Position numbers and translations under genes: made by a program. Of a stretch of 64,000 nucleotides of DNA, positions 36,743-48,683 are shown one piece after another; within the stretch, counting starts at the first letter, position 1; the number at the start of each line of letters is the position of its first letter. The stretch is taken from assembly GCF_041956535.1 (NCBI RefSeq), contig NW_027192221.1:85271-149270 (forward strand), in the 5' to 3' direction. This stretch comes from Calcarisporiella thermophila CBS 279.70 (taxonomy: Eukaryota > Fungi > Calcarisporiellomycota). Below the pieces are notes generated by a model. It made no database searches, was not told the DNA's origin, and was given only the letters and a program-made list of their open reading frames with translations.

Positions 36743-37236
36743 GGCGAGCTTGTGTTTAGTCTAATAACGAAGAGTGGGTTCTCAAGAAGTTGGGCGCAGT
36801 CAGCTCATCGAATCATAGAGTAGGAGCGAGAGGAATAGCAATATGTAAAGGGGATAAAAATATGAATTAAGGAATCACTTTTCAAATCAAAGGTTTCTCA
36901 ATGCACGTCACATTAGAGTTCGGCCAATACTTCGTCAGAAACCGCACTTGGTTCAACCGTTGTCTCTGAAAAAATTCATATAAAAATTCGAGAATCTTAA
37001 AGTACAGCACAGAAATTTTCAAAAATAAAAAATAAAAAAAAAAGTTAAAGTCTTAGTTAAAAACTGTAAAATATAAGGGGAAAAAAAATGTAAAGTGATG
37101 TAGTAGAGTATGAAGGATAGCATAAGGCGATTGTTCAAAACAAAAAAAATCTCAGTATTAAGAAGCGACCATTCGGTATATAGATAGAAATAAAAATACG
37201 AATAAATTGTATTGAGGAAATTGTCCGTCCATCCCA

Positions 37237-40164
37237 CTATACATGCGACACCTTTGCTTCGGTATTGTTCCCGCGCCCCTCGCTCTGCTGCCTCGCATCG
37301 TACCATTCGAAATCATCCAGGATCGAGGTCCGGCTCTTGTATTCGAACAATATACGGAGCACTTCGCGACCCGCTTCCGGCAGGAGCTCTTGTGTGTCAC
37401 GGCTGTTGGTCACAGGCTTGTTATCATTGTTTCTGTTAGCAATAAGGGGATGTTAGCACCATGAGACAAGTTTCAAGCGCTTGCGACACGAGACTTACAC
37501 GACACGTATGTGGCGCAAAGCAGCATTTGGCACATCCTTAACGAAAATCCAGCGAACGTTGAAAACGCCTTTCCACTTGTCTTGTGCCCACACCGTGCTA
37601 TTTGTCGAGTAGTCCACGGCAGTAAGCATCTGGCCCATCCCACAGAAGTGGCCACTATTAAAATCAACATGCAAAATACAGGTTAACACACGCCCCTCTC
37701 TCCACCGATCCCAAGACAATGGAGAACCCACCTTGCGTTCACGCTGAAAAACAAGTACACGGGCCCCTTTCCCTCGTTTTCTTGAAAGGCCTTATCCAGT
37801 CTTCGATTCCCGATCTCTGTACTTGCCCAGATCCCATACTTCAGGCTCTTGTGAATGTCATCCTCCGTGTAGGATTTGATTACGAAATAACGGGCATTCG
37901 CAGGTTTCAGGTTGAAGATTTTAGGATTCAAATTGTAATTTGCGAGACACGATGGGTGATCTTTACCATCTGATGTCTCTTTAGCCACACTATTGTTGTT
38001 TTTGTTGCTGGGGGTGGACGAAGATAGCACATTAGTACGAGAAGGTTGTGAAGAGCTGGGTTTTAAGGGCATGCTGCGGGGTTGCTCAGGCGTAGCCGCG
38101 GGCCAAGGAGAAGTGGGTGGCGCCGACAAAGGTTTTATATATCCATATTCCCCACCTGCTGCTGTTAACTGAGACGCAAGAAGTGCTGCAGGAGACAAAA
38201 TTTCGCCTGTCACGGGTAAAAAGGCCGGCGATCCCCCGGCGCTACTGCTGCCGCTTCCGCTTCCTCCCCCACCCCCACCACCACCTCCTCCACCTATATT
38301 TACTCTTGCTTGAGCTCCCGCCGGGAGATCGGGCTTCCGCCAACCGCGTACGTCGCTCACCATCTTCTCTTCGCCCATCACCTTTTGTGCAGGGAGACCC
38401 TGAAAGTGAGCATCTTCTAGAGCAAGCTTCCCCATCAGCCGTGAGATATCGGGTGTCACCTCCATTTGCTGTGGTTGATGCAGCTGCTCCCAGCCGGGTG
38501 CAAGGGAAGGTGAGCGCCTTGTGGCTGCTCCGAAAGGAGGAGAAAATTTCTGATCCCCTCCACCGCCATTTGCCGCTGGAGTTTGCACGAGCGATCCCTT
38601 TCTCCCTCCACCTGATGAGAATCTTGGTGGAAAATTCTTCCCGCCCCCACTATTCAAGTTGGCGTTGTTGGAATTGAGAGAGCCAGCGGTTGAGGAAGAG
38701 GGTCGACGTGATACATCTCCACTCTGCTGTTGTTGGGGAGGTGGCGGCGGCGGTGGTTGTGGAAGCTGGGATAATGCGTCCGTCAATTTCGATCCCACTA
38801 AAGAAGAGCCGCTTGATGACCTAGAGTTTGTGAGTCCAAAGCTGTCGTTCCATCCGTCAGTCCCAGGAGTTGCACCCACTACCGGGGATAAATGGAGCTG
38901 TGTTTGTCCCTGTGCCTGCGCCTGCGCATGCGCCTGTGCATAGTAGGATTCAGCCATTGACTCCACCAGTGTGTCAATATAATTCATGTTTCCCATAGCA
39001 CCCATTCCTCCGCTAGCATTCTGAGAAGAAGAAGATAGGGTAGACATGCGTCGCCATTGATCCATCATCCCAAACAAATCCTCTTTGCTTGTTTTTCTTT
39101 GTTGCGACTGTTGTTGCTGTTGCTGGGACTGTTGCTGCTGCTGCTGCTGTTGCTGATGTTGTTGAGGTTGATGCGGATGCTGGTGCGACTGTTGTGGAGC
39201 GGAAGAGTATGAGGATGGGAAGACTTGGTGTGGCGATGAACGAGTTGAGCTCAGAGGCGGAGAAGTAAGAGTACGCGTGCGGTCGGTGTTCCAGAGAGAT
39301 GCTGCACCGATATTAGGACCTCCAAGGGGGTGCTGAGGCTCTGTTCGGTGTAAAGGAGGCTCGTAACCTAGGCTGTAGAAGGCCTCGTGCTAAAGCAAAG
39401 CAGAGGAAAATAAAAATCATTCTATATCCGCTTGTACTTGGAGAAAGCTTAGCGACCTACCATTTCTGCAGCACTAATCGCGTTCTCCTCGAGTTGCGGG
39501 ATATGACTAATGGCCCGCTCCCAGTCATCTAAGTCGTCTTCATTGCTCGTCAGGGCGGATAGGGAATTGGTTGCTGGTCGAGGCAAGCGAAAGGTATCCT
39601 CGTATGCTATAATTCACAAGAGATTGGATTATTCAAATAACCCCATTGTCTAACTGGGATCCACTTACGATTAAAAAGAGGGGAGGCGGTTGAAGAAAGC
39701 GTGCCGATCTGTGGAGAGCCGGTAACGAATGAAGGGGTAAAAGGCGAGGAGAGCAAGGACGGGGAGGTTTTCAGGGGATCAAAAGCATGCCCAGGTCTCC
39801 CAGAAGTCAGCGGACAAGGATTCGTCATTATTGCCGAGTAGTCCTTATCTGGCTGGAGTGGGGGCGAAACCGTACCCAATCCTGGAGGGGGGCGGATGGG
39901 CGGTCTGCCATCTACTCCGGAAATCGAATGAGAAAGATGGCGGGGCCACCCTTCTGAGAAACGGCGATCGGATTCCAGAGGATTCCCATAATCCCACTCA
40001 CATTGACTGCGACCAGAGAGAAGGGACGTATTGTTGAACGAATTGAGCTCGGCTTCAAGGACAGGGGGGACGGAAGCATTAGCAGCCGTGGATACCGTAG
40101 CCGGTGCATTCAAGTCGTGCTTGTTGGGACTGTTAGGGTAGAGTTGCGAGATATTGCTGGCCAT
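37237..40164 (-). CDS. YTH-domain m6A reader (Pho92/Mrb1/YTHDF-like) with long low-complexity N-terminus; 5 exons
   Basis: [25 protein letters not shown]...FFSVNASGHFCG...WAQDKWKG...VKDVPN...[12 protein letters not shown]. All three cage Trp residues are present. Confidence 0.93.
39095..39195 (-). repeat. CAG/CAA polyglutamine tract within the YTH gene
   Basis: (tgc/tgt)n run on the + strand. Confidence 0.85.
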
Positions 40165-41490
40165 AGGGTAGATGTAGTTTCCCAACTAAGGCTGCTAATT
40201 TTGGGTGAAATCGAGAGGAGTAATTGGCACGTTGCAAGGCTTGGGCAAAATCAGCTATGAGTCTCGTAACCTAGTCGTTATTAGCGTACTTTCAGTTGGC
40301 AATTAAGACCGTTCAAACGGTCTCCGAGAGAAAATTGAAGCGGCAATGGTGTGGTGAGAACAGAAGATCACGAGTCTCTTTTAATATAAAGGGGGAAGGG
40401 CCTCAGAACTTAGATCATGAAGCAAAACTAGAGAAAATGGAAGAATACCTCGGCTTTAGACCACAAGCGACATGTGAAGTAAAGGAAGCAACTCGGTGGC
40501 TATGATTAACCGCGCGATCCTTACGCTCTTCTTCGATTCAAAAGTAAAGAGAAAAATGCCAAAGCGCGCGCGAAAAAAAAAAAATGAAAAATTAGTGCTC
40601 TTGCCCGTGGTCGTGACGCATGGTTCAACGAATGAATTCCATTGGACGGATATTGGAAAGGAGTGACATTTCGAAAACGTGTAATCAAAAAGTTGCAACC
40701 TTCTCGCGCCAGGAAGAAGATGAAATGGAAGGCAAAAAGCAGCCAGAGCACGTTCTCTGTAGATAGGAGCTATAAGCCCGGCGGTATAAGCTGAAGGGGC
40801 GTCCACATTGGATATCCCCAATGCGCCGCTCATTCTTATCGGCACATTCATTCGCGTATCTTGGTTTTCCTATCTAATTGAGCATGCCGATTTGCGCTCA
40901 TACTGCCCGCAAATAGGCTTCAATGGGCATCTAAATGGCTTGCCAACAAAATCGACGGCAGGTGTTGGAGAAGGATGCACTGGATAAGTATGCACTACTC
41001 TCCGTGACTGCATATTTTCCGAGGTTACCTGAGCAAATGGATAGCCGCAATAACCTAATGATAGTTCGGCTTCTTGGCTGTATTTATTGAAGCTGGGCGG
41101 TCCACCTTGCGAAGTGTGGTCGTGGAGCAGAGGCGGCATTAATTAGACGGAGATATTCTTCTATAAGAAAAGCCATAGATCAGGCTGAAGATCACTGTAA
41201 TCAATGGTATAGAGTCGAATGCGATTTTAGCACTAAGGGACCATGATCCATGGTGAATACGGGTTGGACACGCACGAAATATGGTGCTCCTTATGAACGT
41301 AGAGATAAGCTATGGGGCGACCCGCAATGCCTGGAGCAGCTGCAATCTTGAGCTGCAATCCAGCCTTCAGATTGCTCTATCAAAATGGCTCAATGTCTAT
41401 TGTCACTAGTAATTTTGTCATACATCCCAAAAAAAGCTGCGCTCTAAAATAATTTGCTATTGCACTATTCAGTAATCGATAAAAAAAAAG

Positions 41491-42229
41491 ATGTCTCATT
41501 GGGATCAAGACGAGCGCCGTATATTTAACTTTCCGCTGCCACGAATCCGGTTTTTCCGAGGTAAACAACGCGATATTGGCGTATACATCTCTGGGGCATG
41601 TAAGTCATCCTGGAATTCATTTTTATTTTCTCCTTACTTATAATAAAATCTTTTCTGGGGGGAACAGTATTTGCCCTGGGCTGGTGGGCTTTCATCGATG
41701 CAGTAGTCTGCTCCAGCCTGCCAAACTCACCTATTGGCATTGGATTTGAAGATTGGGTGACTGGAATTCTAAGCACATTTGGAATGATCATGTAAATTTC
41801 CATTTAATCTGATTTCTTGAAAAATGATGCCATTTTCTTATTTTCTCCTAATTGCTCGACATCAGCGTGAATGCTATAGATAAGGGACGACTCCATGCCG
41901 ATTCGTTTTCCTACTCTGGCTCCAGTATTGCCTGGAAGGCTCGCCTCTTTCTCTTCATCGGGTTCGCTTTGATGGCAGGAGGTCTAGCTGGATCAGTTAC
42001 AGTCCTATGCTTGAAGTATATAGTAGACAATGTCCCACCTCCAGGAGTAAACTATGGCATCGCCAATGTCGTCCAAAATGGACTCATCATGCTCAGGTAA
42101 TATATTCGATCATGTTGAGCGGATTGCTGCTGAACACCCTAGTAACCATATGATTTTCTTAATAGCACGGCTATCCTGTGGGTTGCACAAAACACCGAAA
42201 CGGAATATAGCTATAACATTACCCTGTAA
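41491..42229 (+). CDS. VPS68: Vps68 / TMEM50 (UPF0220) family protein; 4 exons
   Basis: GVYISGALFALGWWAFIDA, FEDWVTGILSTFGMIIVNAIDK, WKARLFLFIGFALMAGG and LIMLSTAILW. Confidence 0.9.
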
Positions 42230-42407
42230 TCATCGTTGTCCTATATATATACATTTTCTATTTTAAAGCTCTCCTATTATCAACTATCCGGCAGTTTTCT
42301 CTGATCTCTATATATTCCGTGAAATTTTCTTTGTGTGGCTTGTCACCCTATGAATTCAAAACTTGTGGGCAAAGAAATTTCATATATCTCATCACTACTC
42401 CATTAGC

Positions 42408-43199
42408 ATGGACATAAGCAACATACTCAATTCAGGGGAGCATTTCAACAAAAACTCTAAAAATTTCATGCCCTTGGAACATCGCCGTACCCTCGAGGAC
42501 CTAGGGCTCATCACATCTGCTACCGGCGCGCCAAACAATTTATCTCATCCTGGTGCTTCTACCAATTTCGCCCAGTTCTCTTTCCCTTCCACCATCTACG
42601 CTTCGCCACAACAACATTACTACCAACTGCCCCAGCAGAGCTGCCCGCAGCACCCAATTCAGCAACGTCCCTTAGTTCAGACACGGCCGCCTCCCATTCC
42701 TGATTTTCAGCAATCTCTAAACCTATTTAATCAGCCACAAGTCACCGCCCTACCTCCTTCTCTTAAACAGGAGCAATCGAAACAGGAGAAACATCATGTC
42801 TGCACCACCTGCAACAAAGGATTCGCTAGACGGTCAGATCTCATCCGGCACGAACGTATTCATACCAACGATCGACCCTTTGCTTGTACGTGGCCGAACT
42901 GCCAAAAACGCTTTATTCAGCGCAGCGCGCTGACGGTTCATTTCCGCACGCATACGGGGGAGCAGCCTCATGTTTGCGAACACTCCGGATGTGGAAAAGC
43001 ATTCGCCGACTCCAGTTCATTGGCGAGACATCGAAGGACACATGTGAAGGAATGGAAGCCGTGGCGGTGTGAGACTAGTGGTTGTGGAAGGGCGTTCACG
43101 AGAAGATCTACATTGATCAAGCATAGGAAAGTGCATGAGAAGGAGGAGCAACAGGCGACCGATGAGCTTGCGGTAGATTTTCCGCTGAGCGGATCATAG
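42408..43199 (+). CDS. C2H2 zinc-finger transcription factor (4 fingers), paralogue A
   Basis: [28 protein letters not shown] and [10 protein letters not shown]. Starts MDISNILN. Intronless. Confidence 0.92.
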   Translation: MDISNILNSGEHFNKNSKNFMPLEHRRTLEDLGLITSATGAPNNLSHPGASTNFAQFSFPSTIYASPQQHYYQLPQQSCPQHPIQQRPLVQTRPPPIPDFQQSLNLFNQPQVTALPPSLKQEQSKQEKHHVCTTCNKGFARRSDLIRHERIHTNDRPFACTWPNCQKRFIQRSALTVHFRTHTGEQPHVCEHSGCGKAFADSSSLARHRRTHVKEWKPWRCETSGCGRAFTRRSTLIKHRKVHEKEEQQATDELAVDFPLSGS

Positions 43200-43426
43200 A
43201 GAAGAGCAAGTGGTTAGAGTGTGCAACAGACATCGCTTATGTTCAGCCTCATTTTCTTTTTGTACCGTTCATTATTTGCATATATTCCAAGCCATACTTT
43301 CTCTCCATTCTTCAACTTTAATATTTTCATTACACTTATTTTTGTTTGTTTTGCATGTACGACCCCTTTGTTTCTCCTAATCCCGTGTAAATAGTTATAA
43401 TAGAAAAAAACAAGCTCGATAAAAAT

Positions 43427-43460
43427 ACGCGTAAATTTTTGAAAGCTCAAATTGACGCGA
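43427..43460. promoter_or_regulatory. Paired MCB-like elements (ACGCGT, ACGCGA)
   Basis: ACGCGT at 43427-43432 and ACGCGA at 43455-43460 in AT-rich DNA, 110-140 bp upstream of the Csm1-like ATG. Confidence 0.45.
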
Positions 43461-43569
43461 CGGTACTTACCAATATTTCAGAATAATACTATTGCCGGAA
43501 TTACCACAATCCCATTCCTACTCCTCTACACACACTTCTCCCCTGAAAAGCACCCCCCTATCTCACCCT

Positions 43570-45003
43570 ATGCCTCCCCGCAAGAAAGCTGCCAAATCAA
43601 CTTCAAAGGTAATCACATCAGCATTTCTTTGTTTTTCACAATTCCATTACCGAACCGTTATTATTAGCTAGAGGAAGCTGTTAGCGAAGAGAAGGAAAAT
43701 CATCTTGAACAAGGTATTTTAGTTAGCATTTATTGTTTTTAATTGTGGAAATTAATTTTTTTTGGATAGAGGAAGTTGGGAAAAAAAGAGGGGGAAGGAG
43801 AAAAGGAAATGCGAAGCAGGTAGTTGAGGAAGAGAAAGAAGAGACAGCGGAAGACACTAAACCGAAACGCAGAGTACGGGGCAAGAAGGCGGAACCTTTG
43901 ATTGAATATGAGGAGGGGATCAATGTTGAAAAGCTGCCAGCGAAGCGAAGACAGAATGGTCGGCGTGGAAAGAAAACGATAAATGAAGAAGAGCACCAAA
44001 GTACCACCGAAGATGGCAAAGAAACGGTTGTGAAGCAAAGCAAAGTAGAGGAAGAGGAGGAAATGAGGAGGGCAGAGAATGAGGAGTTAATGGAAAAAGA
44101 CGAGGCGATTACCCGGAAAAAACGAAAGCTGAGGGCCAAGGATGTAGTCACAGAGAATAAAAAGCAGAAACGTACCACCTCGAAGAAAACAAACAAAGCG
44201 AAAGGGGAGAAAAAAGGGAAGGAGGATGAGAGTGAAGATATGAATTTGGTGGAGGAAGCAACAGTGGAAGAGTCAGTGGAGAAGGAGAAAACAATAGAAG
44301 AGTCAATTGAAGCGGGAGAACGGAAAGCGTCGGATATTAGACCATTGACACCGGGCCAGAGTGTCATCTTCTCTACCAATACCCTAGTTGATACAGCTGA
44401 TACGGATGATATCAGCACTCTCAAAGAGCAAAGTATAGTTCATGGTTTTGGATTTTCCCAAGGGCTCTCATTCAATCTTCAAACTACTCTATCATAGTCA
44501 AAATTTTGCAGATCGAACGCGATGCTGAGATCGCGCAAAATAAGCTCCTCACCGATCAAGTCCAGCGACTTTCGCAATCTCTGCGAAATGAAAAGCGCCA
44601 GTCCATGGGCTACCAATTGGATAAGAGTATCAAAGCGACGCTCTCTTTCTACGAGGATATCACAAATGTGCTAGTCAGAGAGGTGCGGGGGAAGACGTTC
44701 GATTGCCTGATGAGCGGGATGGTTGGAAGTAAAATTTTCAACTTTCCTTGTCCAGGGAAGAAAAGTATGTGTTAACCTCTCTTCTCCCCCTCCACCCTCC
44801 CTCTCTATCTTTTGTTAGCGCTTCATTTTAAATTGTCCGAGGAAGAGAACGGCTCCCAAATGCGCTACCAGCCTATCCTCGACACTTCGCGCGACGCCTC
44901 CCTTACCGCAAAATTGCCTGCAAAACTTCGTAAAGAACATCTGTTTGCTCGCGGAGAGATGGCGGAATTCATAAGCGAGCTGAAGCGAGTCCTCATGGCC
45001 TAA
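43570..45003 (+). CDS. CSM1: Csm1/Pcs1-like monopolin subunit with long K/E-rich N-terminus; 5 exons
   Basis: The spliced C-terminus FYEDITNVLV...FDCLMSGMVGTLHFKL...YQPILDTSRD..L..KLP..L matches the Csm1 domain pattern. Confidence 0.78.
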
Positions 45004-45212
45004 CGGGATCGAACCCCAGCTTTCTTCACACTTTTTTTTTGCTGTAGCTATTTTTGTTTTTCTTGTTAATTACTTAATGCTGCGTATATAGAGAGAGGTT
45101 TATTTGATTTACGGGAGCAGAGAATGATAATTGGAAACATATTACAAACTATATCCAAACTAAATACTGAAGAAAAGAGATAACACCACCGTACATCGAG
45201 GAAACATACACG

Positions 45213-47568
45213 TCAGGTCGGGAGGAAGCTCCTACACACCGGACACTCCAGTTTAATTCGCATCCACCTTTCTAGGCATTCCGTGTGGAAGAGGTGGTGG
45301 CAGGGCGTGACCATGTATCCCATTCTCCCCGTCAAAACTCCACCCGCAACCGCGCCAATGGACTCGATCTCGACAGGCGTCATGCAAATGGCGCAATCCC
45401 CTCTCGCACCCGCGCCGGATGCTTCCACATCATCCTGGGAGGGGAGGATAGGGTGGTAGTTGTAGGTTGGGGGCAGGTATTTTTCCGGCACAAAGAACCG
45501 CGGGCCGAATGCCTCTTGTGCCTGCAGCATCAGTACCTGCGCGAGTACATACACAACCAAAATCCATACCCACAGGGTTGGGTCGTATCCCATCACGTTG
45601 TACGGACAGCCATAGAAGTAGAGGGGAAAGGCGAGCCTAGTCACGCTCATTCCCCAAACATAGTACGAGCTCAAGCCTCTGCAGGACCCCCGCGCCACAT
45701 TGCGGAATATCTGCGGGATCCAGAAAGAGAAGAGTGCGAAAGAGATGGTGGCTATGACCACGTTCTGGACCGCTGCCGACCGTGTTGTGGCCATCGAGAA
45801 GATGAAGAAGCCAAGCACCATAGTGATGAAGAATCGCGAGTATATCATGCTAGCATCTCTTCTCGGGTCATCGGGAGGGGTCGTGGCGGTGGGAAGTGTG
45901 GTTGGTCTAGCCCCATTTCCTCCCTCCGACTCGGCGCCAGCTGCTCCCGAATTGGACTCGGCTCGTGCCGCCGAATAGCTCATTTGTTCCGGCCGCTGGA
46001 TCCGCCAGATAACGAGGAGATAGCGCATGCCAAAAATGGACGCCAGCACGAAGGTGAAGAACGAGGCACTTGAGAATGGGATAAATACAGAGTTGATCAC
46101 GACTCCCGTCGTTAAATGAAGAAGACAGAGATAGGCGTCCATAAGAGCCTGCATAGCGATGGTCCAATAAGAAACTTTGGAGACACTCTAAAAAAAAAAG
46201 GGGGACAGGAGTTAAGAAAATGGGGCTTGAGAGAAGAGATAAACAATAAAATACCGAAGGAGTTGGTGTGTACTCCATTTGGTGAATGAGCAAAAAGATT
46301 TGCACGAGGGACAAAATTGAGGCCATTGCTGCGTAGTTGACACCCTTTGCGTAGAATTTTTCGAGCTTCATGCCAAAAGCATCACGTCCAGACAATACCA
46401 AGCTACAGTTCTTTGAATATTGATAGAAAGTCGCTTCAAGTGGCGGTGCGCGTATTGTAGAGATACCCTGAGGGTCCTGCATCTCTATAGATACAGGGGA
46501 GAGGACAGGTATAAAGCGTTAGAGGATGAGCGGTTCTCAATAAAACTTAATAAGGGGCACCTTTTTCGAGTTCAATCATCTGCTCTCGTGTAATACCTTC
46601 CGGGACAGGATGGAGTTGCATCACAAAGTAGAAATCGCACTCTGTGGCCACTGAAAGACGTGGCTCTGAGTCATCTACATGCTCCGTGCCCTGGTTAAGC
46701 ATCCCTTTTAGCTTTTCGATCTTCTCGTTGAGCTTATACAGGATTGCAGTTTGCGCAGCAGTGAATGAAGCATTGTTGGGGAAGACATGAAGAAGATCAT
46801 TATACCCCAGGGTCTTATTATTCCCATAATGCCTACTCATTCAGGAGGTTAGTCCAAATTATCGGACTATAAGAGGGGGGAAGAGGGGAACTTACGACTT
46901 TGGAACGCTAAATAGATATAATGTGCCATTTGACAAAAAGTGCACACCCTCCGTAATCAATAGTACATCAGAATCACTTCGATCTGCGTCTTTTATTCTT
47001 AAATGCCCCTAGAAAGAAAATCGCATTTTTTTTAACTTCTCCGAACTCTAGAGCATTTGAAAATGGCATCATAATTACCTCTATATAATTTACATCCTCA
47101 ACCCCAGTCTCACTCGATCTTAAATTCAGCGTGTAGCTTCCTCCCTCACTCCAACCGAACTTACCCCGCGCGTCATCGGTCAGCGTTTTGTTGTCAGGTA
47201 AGAGTGAAGTGAAGTTTTCGAAACGCCAATTTCCACGGAACAAACCGGTTACATTTTGGTAAAAAACAGCCGGAGGATTGCTGTGGGCCCAATCTAAGAG
47301 GGAATCCAGTTGAGTCTGGAGTTCTTGAGGGAATATCTGTGTAGCGTAAGGTTAGTTATAATCCGTTAAATTAACACGTAAGAGGTCAGATCCAAATTAT
47401 TACAATGGTTTCATTAGAGTGAAAGGTCTGATTTGCTAAAGTGTCACGCTCCAAAATGCGTCTATCGAGTGTGTCTTTGATGGAGGTTTGATCTCTTCTC
47501 TCATCAGCAACATTAGCAAGTAGGAGGATGATCAGAAACATAAAACATAGGAGGGCGGATCTATTCAT
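45213..47568 (-). CDS. TUL1: Tul1/Dsc1-like multi-pass RING-H2 E3 ubiquitin ligase; 6 exons
   Basis: Signal anchor and lumenal domain. QMEYTPTPSSVSKVSYWTI, SFWIPQI.RN, GPRFFVP...YNYHP. RING CAICM...TPCHHLFHTECLERWMRIKLECPVCR. Confidence 0.92.
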
Positions 47569-47882
47569 GGTAGGAGTAAAGGGGTGGAAAAAGCGAATTA
47601 AAATAATATAAAGAACAATAAAAATAAAGAAAAAGAAGAGGATGAAGGGTCGATTCTTCTACGTTCCTTTCTCCCTTCGGGAATAGAATAATAAAAGTAT
47701 ATGTTTTCTATGTAAGCATCAAGAAGTGTGAACAGGTGCCTGAGGGTCAGCTCTCGGCAAACTCGCTTCATTTCTCTTTGACGAACTCAGATGTGGCTTT
47801 GCCAAAGAAACGTCAAATATCTCAGTCACAAGCAAGAAAGAATGCTCTTAAACGACGCTCTAATCACAGGGAAACTAGAGTC

Positions 47883-48436
47883 ATGGCAGCAGGGAAAAAA
47901 GAAATCTTAACCACGTATCGACGACTTCTCCGGGAAGTTAACCTTCAGGTATCCCATTTAGCCTCATTATTCGTTTATTTAATTCAACTCTGTAATTGGA
48001 CACATTAAACATTGTGCTTAAATCCAATGGATCTCTCATTGTCTAGTTTGTTCGCCCCACTAAAAACACTTTCCACCGACATCATCTCTCCCAATCGTTC
48101 CGACAACCCATATCCACTGAAGCTGAGTTGCTTCGCCGCAAGCAGGATGCCGAGGATGTGCTATTATTCTTGGAAAGCCGGCGCAAGCATTCGGCAAGTG
48201 TGAAACATGCAGTCGATAGCATGCAAAGCATTTGCTTATTGACTCTTTTTAATTTCTAGGAGCTGCTCGAGAGATATTCGCCTGTTAATGCAGATCAAGC
48301 GGAACGAATCGAGCTAGCAGCTAAACGTGTGGGGCTCAATCTGCCGCGTGCATTTGGATTCCGGGAGGAGGCGGAATCGGAGCAAGCCGAACCGCAACCC
48401 GAGCAGAGTCATGAAAACGAGCCAAAACACTCTTGA
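47883..48436 (+). CDS. FMC1: Fmc1-like LYR-family mitochondrial ATP synthase assembly factor; 3 exons
   Basis: TYRRLLRE (LYR-like) and ELLERYSP...ERIELAAKRVGLNLP. Introns 47949-48046 and 48194-48259, the second probably GC-AG. Confidence 0.82.
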
Positions 48437-48683
48437 CCCACATACTATGCCAAAAGCAGATAGAAATAGAAATAATAGAAGCACATCTTTATTACTTAGT
48501 TAGATTATCGAAAAAGTAGGGAAAAGGATGCGGGCGAAATGAACATGGCATTACAAATACGTATGAGGATATAAGATGAAGAGGGTTCAAGATTGCTTTA
48601 TATAAAAAGAAAGAAAAAGCAAAGGAAGAAATATCTTGCATATATACTATACAATATACAATATAAATACGTGGAGGAGGCAT

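Noticed and set aside
45285-46073. Long antisense ORFs over TUL1, and similar ones over TAF1, the P5 ATPase, CSM1 and the YTH gene
   Set aside because: Shadow ORFs caused by codon bias on the coding strand.
47949-48046. FMC1 intron 1 donor GTATCCCA resembling a U12-type 5' splice site
   Set aside because: Mismatches at +7/+8 against RTATCCTT and no convincing TTCCTTRAY branch site near the acceptor; treated as U2-type.
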